A stretch of 64,000 nt of DNA from NCBI GenBank assembly GCA_963745025.1, contig CAVUWD010000016.1:512001-576000 (forward strand), read 5' to 3'. The number at the start of each line of letters is the position of its first letter. Position 1 is the stretch's first letter. Below, one piece after another: positions 61,919-64,000 of this stretch. The notes beneath the pieces are model-generated. The model searched no databases. It worked only from the letters and a program-made list of their open reading frames with translations, and was not told where the DNA came from. Both the position numbers and the translations under genes were made by a program. Source of the stretch: an uncultured delta proteobacterium (GTDB lineage Bacteria > Desulfobacterota > Binatia > JACPRU01).

Positions 61919-61942
61919 GGCACCGTTGGTACGTGCCTTTTT
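61919..61942 (+). terminator. Possible intrinsic terminator
   Basis: GGCAC-N9-GTGCC followed by TTTTT. Confidence 0.35.
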
Positions 61943-62002
61943 CGCCGGGTTCGCCACGTGGGGAGTCCATGCCATGGATGGGGATGGACATGGCACGGGC
62001 TT

Positions 62003-63892
62003 CTACTCCTCGATCGTGCTCACGTCGCCCGGATCGAGGCCGAGCTCTTGTGCCTTCAGGACGCGGCGCATGATCTTTCCGGAGCGTGTCTTCGGCAGCT
62101 TCGCTGCGAACTCGAGCTCCGCGGGGGTCGCAATCGGACCGAGCACTCGTCGAACGTGCTCGACGAGCTCCGCGCGCAACGCATCGCTCGGCTGCGAGCC
62201 GCTGCGCAGCAGCACGAAGGCCTTGATGGCCTCCCCTTTGATCGGATCCGGCTTGCCGATCACCGCGGCCTCGCCGACGGCGGGATGGCTGATCAGCGCC
62301 GACTCGACGTCCGCCGTGCCGATGCGGTGACCCGCCACGTTCAGCACGTCGTCGGCGCGGCCGAGCACGGAGACGTATCCGTCTTCGTCGACCGTGGCCA
62401 CGTCGCCCGCCACGTACACGTCGGGGATCTGCAGGAAGTATTCTTCGTAGCGGTCGTGCGCGCCCCACACCGTGCGAAACATCTGCGGCGAGGCGCCGCG
62501 GATGCACAAGAGGCCACCCGTGTTCGGCGGCACCGGCTTGCCTTCGCGGCTCAGCACCTCGACCCGGTATCCCGGAAACGGCTTTCCGACTTTGCCCGCC
62601 TTGGCGGTCATCGCCGGCCAGGTGCCGAGCACCGGAGCAGCCGTTTCGGTCTGCCACCAGTTGTCGAGCACCGGGCCGCGGCCCCTCATGACGTGCTCGT
62701 GCGCCCACCGAAGCGCCTCCGGATTCAGCGGCTCGCCGGCGCAGGCCAGGAGCTTCAAACTGGAGAGATCGTACTTGGCCGGCCATTCGGCGCCGAGGCG
62801 CATGAACATGCGCAGCGCCGTCGGCGCGGTGAACATCTTGGTGACGCCGTAGCGCTCGACGATCTCCCAGACGATCCCGGGGTGCGGATGATCCGGTGCT
62901 CCCTCGCGGACGACGATCGTGGATCCGTTGCACCACGGTCCGTACACCATCACCGAGTGGCCGACGATCCAGCCGATGTCGGAAGTGCACCAGTAGACGT
63001 CATCATCGCGGACGTCGCAGAGGAGCTTCCAGAGATGGGTCGCCCCGACCATGTAGCCGCCGTGAACGTACGCGCAGCCCTTCGGCTTGCCGGTCGACCC
63101 CGAGGTATAGAGGATGAACAGCCAGTCCTCGCTGTCCATCGATTCGGGCGGGCACTTGGCCGACCCGCCCTCGAGCAGCTCGTCGAAGTCCATCTCCCGC
63201 GCGCCGAGCGCGATTTTCGGTGCGGCTCTGCGTTGGACGATCACACGCTCGACCGATGGGATGTCCGTGAGCGCCTCGTCCAGGATCGACTTCAAAGCGA
63301 CGGTCTTGCCACGGCGGTAGCCGACGTCGCTCGCGATCACGAGCTTGGCGCCGACGTCGACGATGCGATCACGGATCGCGCCGGAGCCGAGCCCGGCGTA
63401 GATCACGCTGTGCACGGCGCCGATCCGCGCGCAGGCGAGCATCGCGATGATGCCTTCGGGAGTGAGCGGCATGTAGATCGCAACCCGGTCGCCCTTGCGA
63501 ACGCCGATCCCACGCAGCGCCGAGCCGAGCTTCGACACCCGGCGGTGAAGCGCGCCGAAGGTGAGGATCCGCTCCTCGCCGTTCTCGCCGAGCCAGAGGA
63601 GCGCAACCTTGTTCTTTCGTTCGCCTGCGACGTGGCGGTCGAGACAGTTATGGGTGATGTTGCAGCGCGCGCCCGTAAACCACTTGGCATTCGGGTAGCT
63701 CCCGTCGAGCACCCTCTTCCACGGCGCGAACCATTCGAAATCTCGGGCCACGTTCGCCCAGTAGGCCTCGACGTCGGCAATGCTCGTTCGATAGTGGCCG
63801 TCGAAATCCCGCACCGACGTGTCGGCGAGGAACTCCGCCGACGGCTCGAACCGACGCTCTTCCCGTAGCAGCGCGTCGATGCGTTCGGTCAT
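62003..63892 (-). CDS. acs: Acetyl-CoA synthetase (AMP-forming)
   Basis: YTSGSTGKPKG, DIGWIVGHS, WWQTET, GRADDV..GHRIG, LPKTRSGKIMRR; GGAGG SD. Confidence 0.95.
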   Translation of the reverse strand: MTERIDALLREERRFEPSAEFLADTSVRDFDGHYRTSIADVEAYWANVARDFEWFAPWKRVLDGSYPNAKWFTGARCNITHNCLDRHVAGERKNKVALLWLGENGEERILTFGALHRRVSKLGSALRGIGVRKGDRVAIYMPLTPEGIIAMLACARIGAVHSVIYAGLGSGAIRDRIVDVGAKLVIASDVGYRRGKTVALKSILDEALTDIPSVERVIVQRRAAPKIALGAREMDFDELLEGGSAKCPPESMDSEDWLFILYTSGSTGKPKGCAYVHGGYMVGATHLWKLLCDVRDDDVYWCTSDIGWIVGHSVMVYGPWCNGSTIVVREGAPDHPHPGIVWEIVERYGVTKMFTAPTALRMFMRLGAEWPAKYDLSSLKLLACAGEPLNPEALRWAHEHVMRGRGPVLDNWWQTETAAPVLGTWPAMTAKAGKVGKPFPGYRVEVLSREGKPVPPNTGGLLCIRGASPQMFRTVWGAHDRYEEYFLQIPDVYVAGDVATVDEDGYVSVLGRADDVLNVAGHRIGTADVESALISHPAVGEAAVIGKPDPIKGEAIKAFVLLRSGSQPSDALRAELVEHVRRVLGPIATPAELEFAAKLPKTRSGKIMRRVLKAQELGLDPGDVSTIEE

Positions 63893-64000
63893 TGTCCTCC
63901 GTTCCCGCTTTCGGCCTGGCCGCCGATAAACGCTTAGCGCGCAAGGAGCGTGGATTCTAGTGTTTCGCGTGCTTCGTGGGCTCGGCTTGGTCAGAGCGCG

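Overview
High-GC bacterial chromosomal segment of mostly housekeeping genes. Gene content and order (secDF-yajC-tgt-queA, coaBC/udg, tamB-Omp85, tldDE, AOR) suggest a 'deltaproteobacterial'-type lineage such as Binatia or Myxococcota; this is an inference to confirm with the 16S. It holds one complete minus-strand rRNA operon (16S, tRNA-Ile, tRNA-Ala, 23S, 5S) and about 45 CDS. These cover NAD, biotin, CoA, Moco and queuosine synthesis, envelope and lipid genes (three UPF0104 flippase-like genes, ino1, pgsA, pmtA-like, Zn-phospholipase C), a CaiB/BaiF pair, a FabV-like reductase, a disrupted adenylate cyclase-AAA-TPR gene and acs. I saw no transposase, integrase, prophage or CRISPR array. The most unusual signals are: (1) an intergenic element at 54038-54199 made of three perfect 17-18 bp hairpins whose outer loops are mutually complementary; (2) a tandem pair of secreted coiled-coil paralogs sharing an unassigned C-terminal domain (319-3391); (3) an NrtR-type operator over an apparently leaderless nadA start, with other leaderless-type starts elsewhere; (4) several small palindromic or repeat elements (CTAG-flanked mini-IR, a dispersed repeat, long intergenic hairpins). 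All assignments come from reading motifs by eye; no database search or folding program was run.
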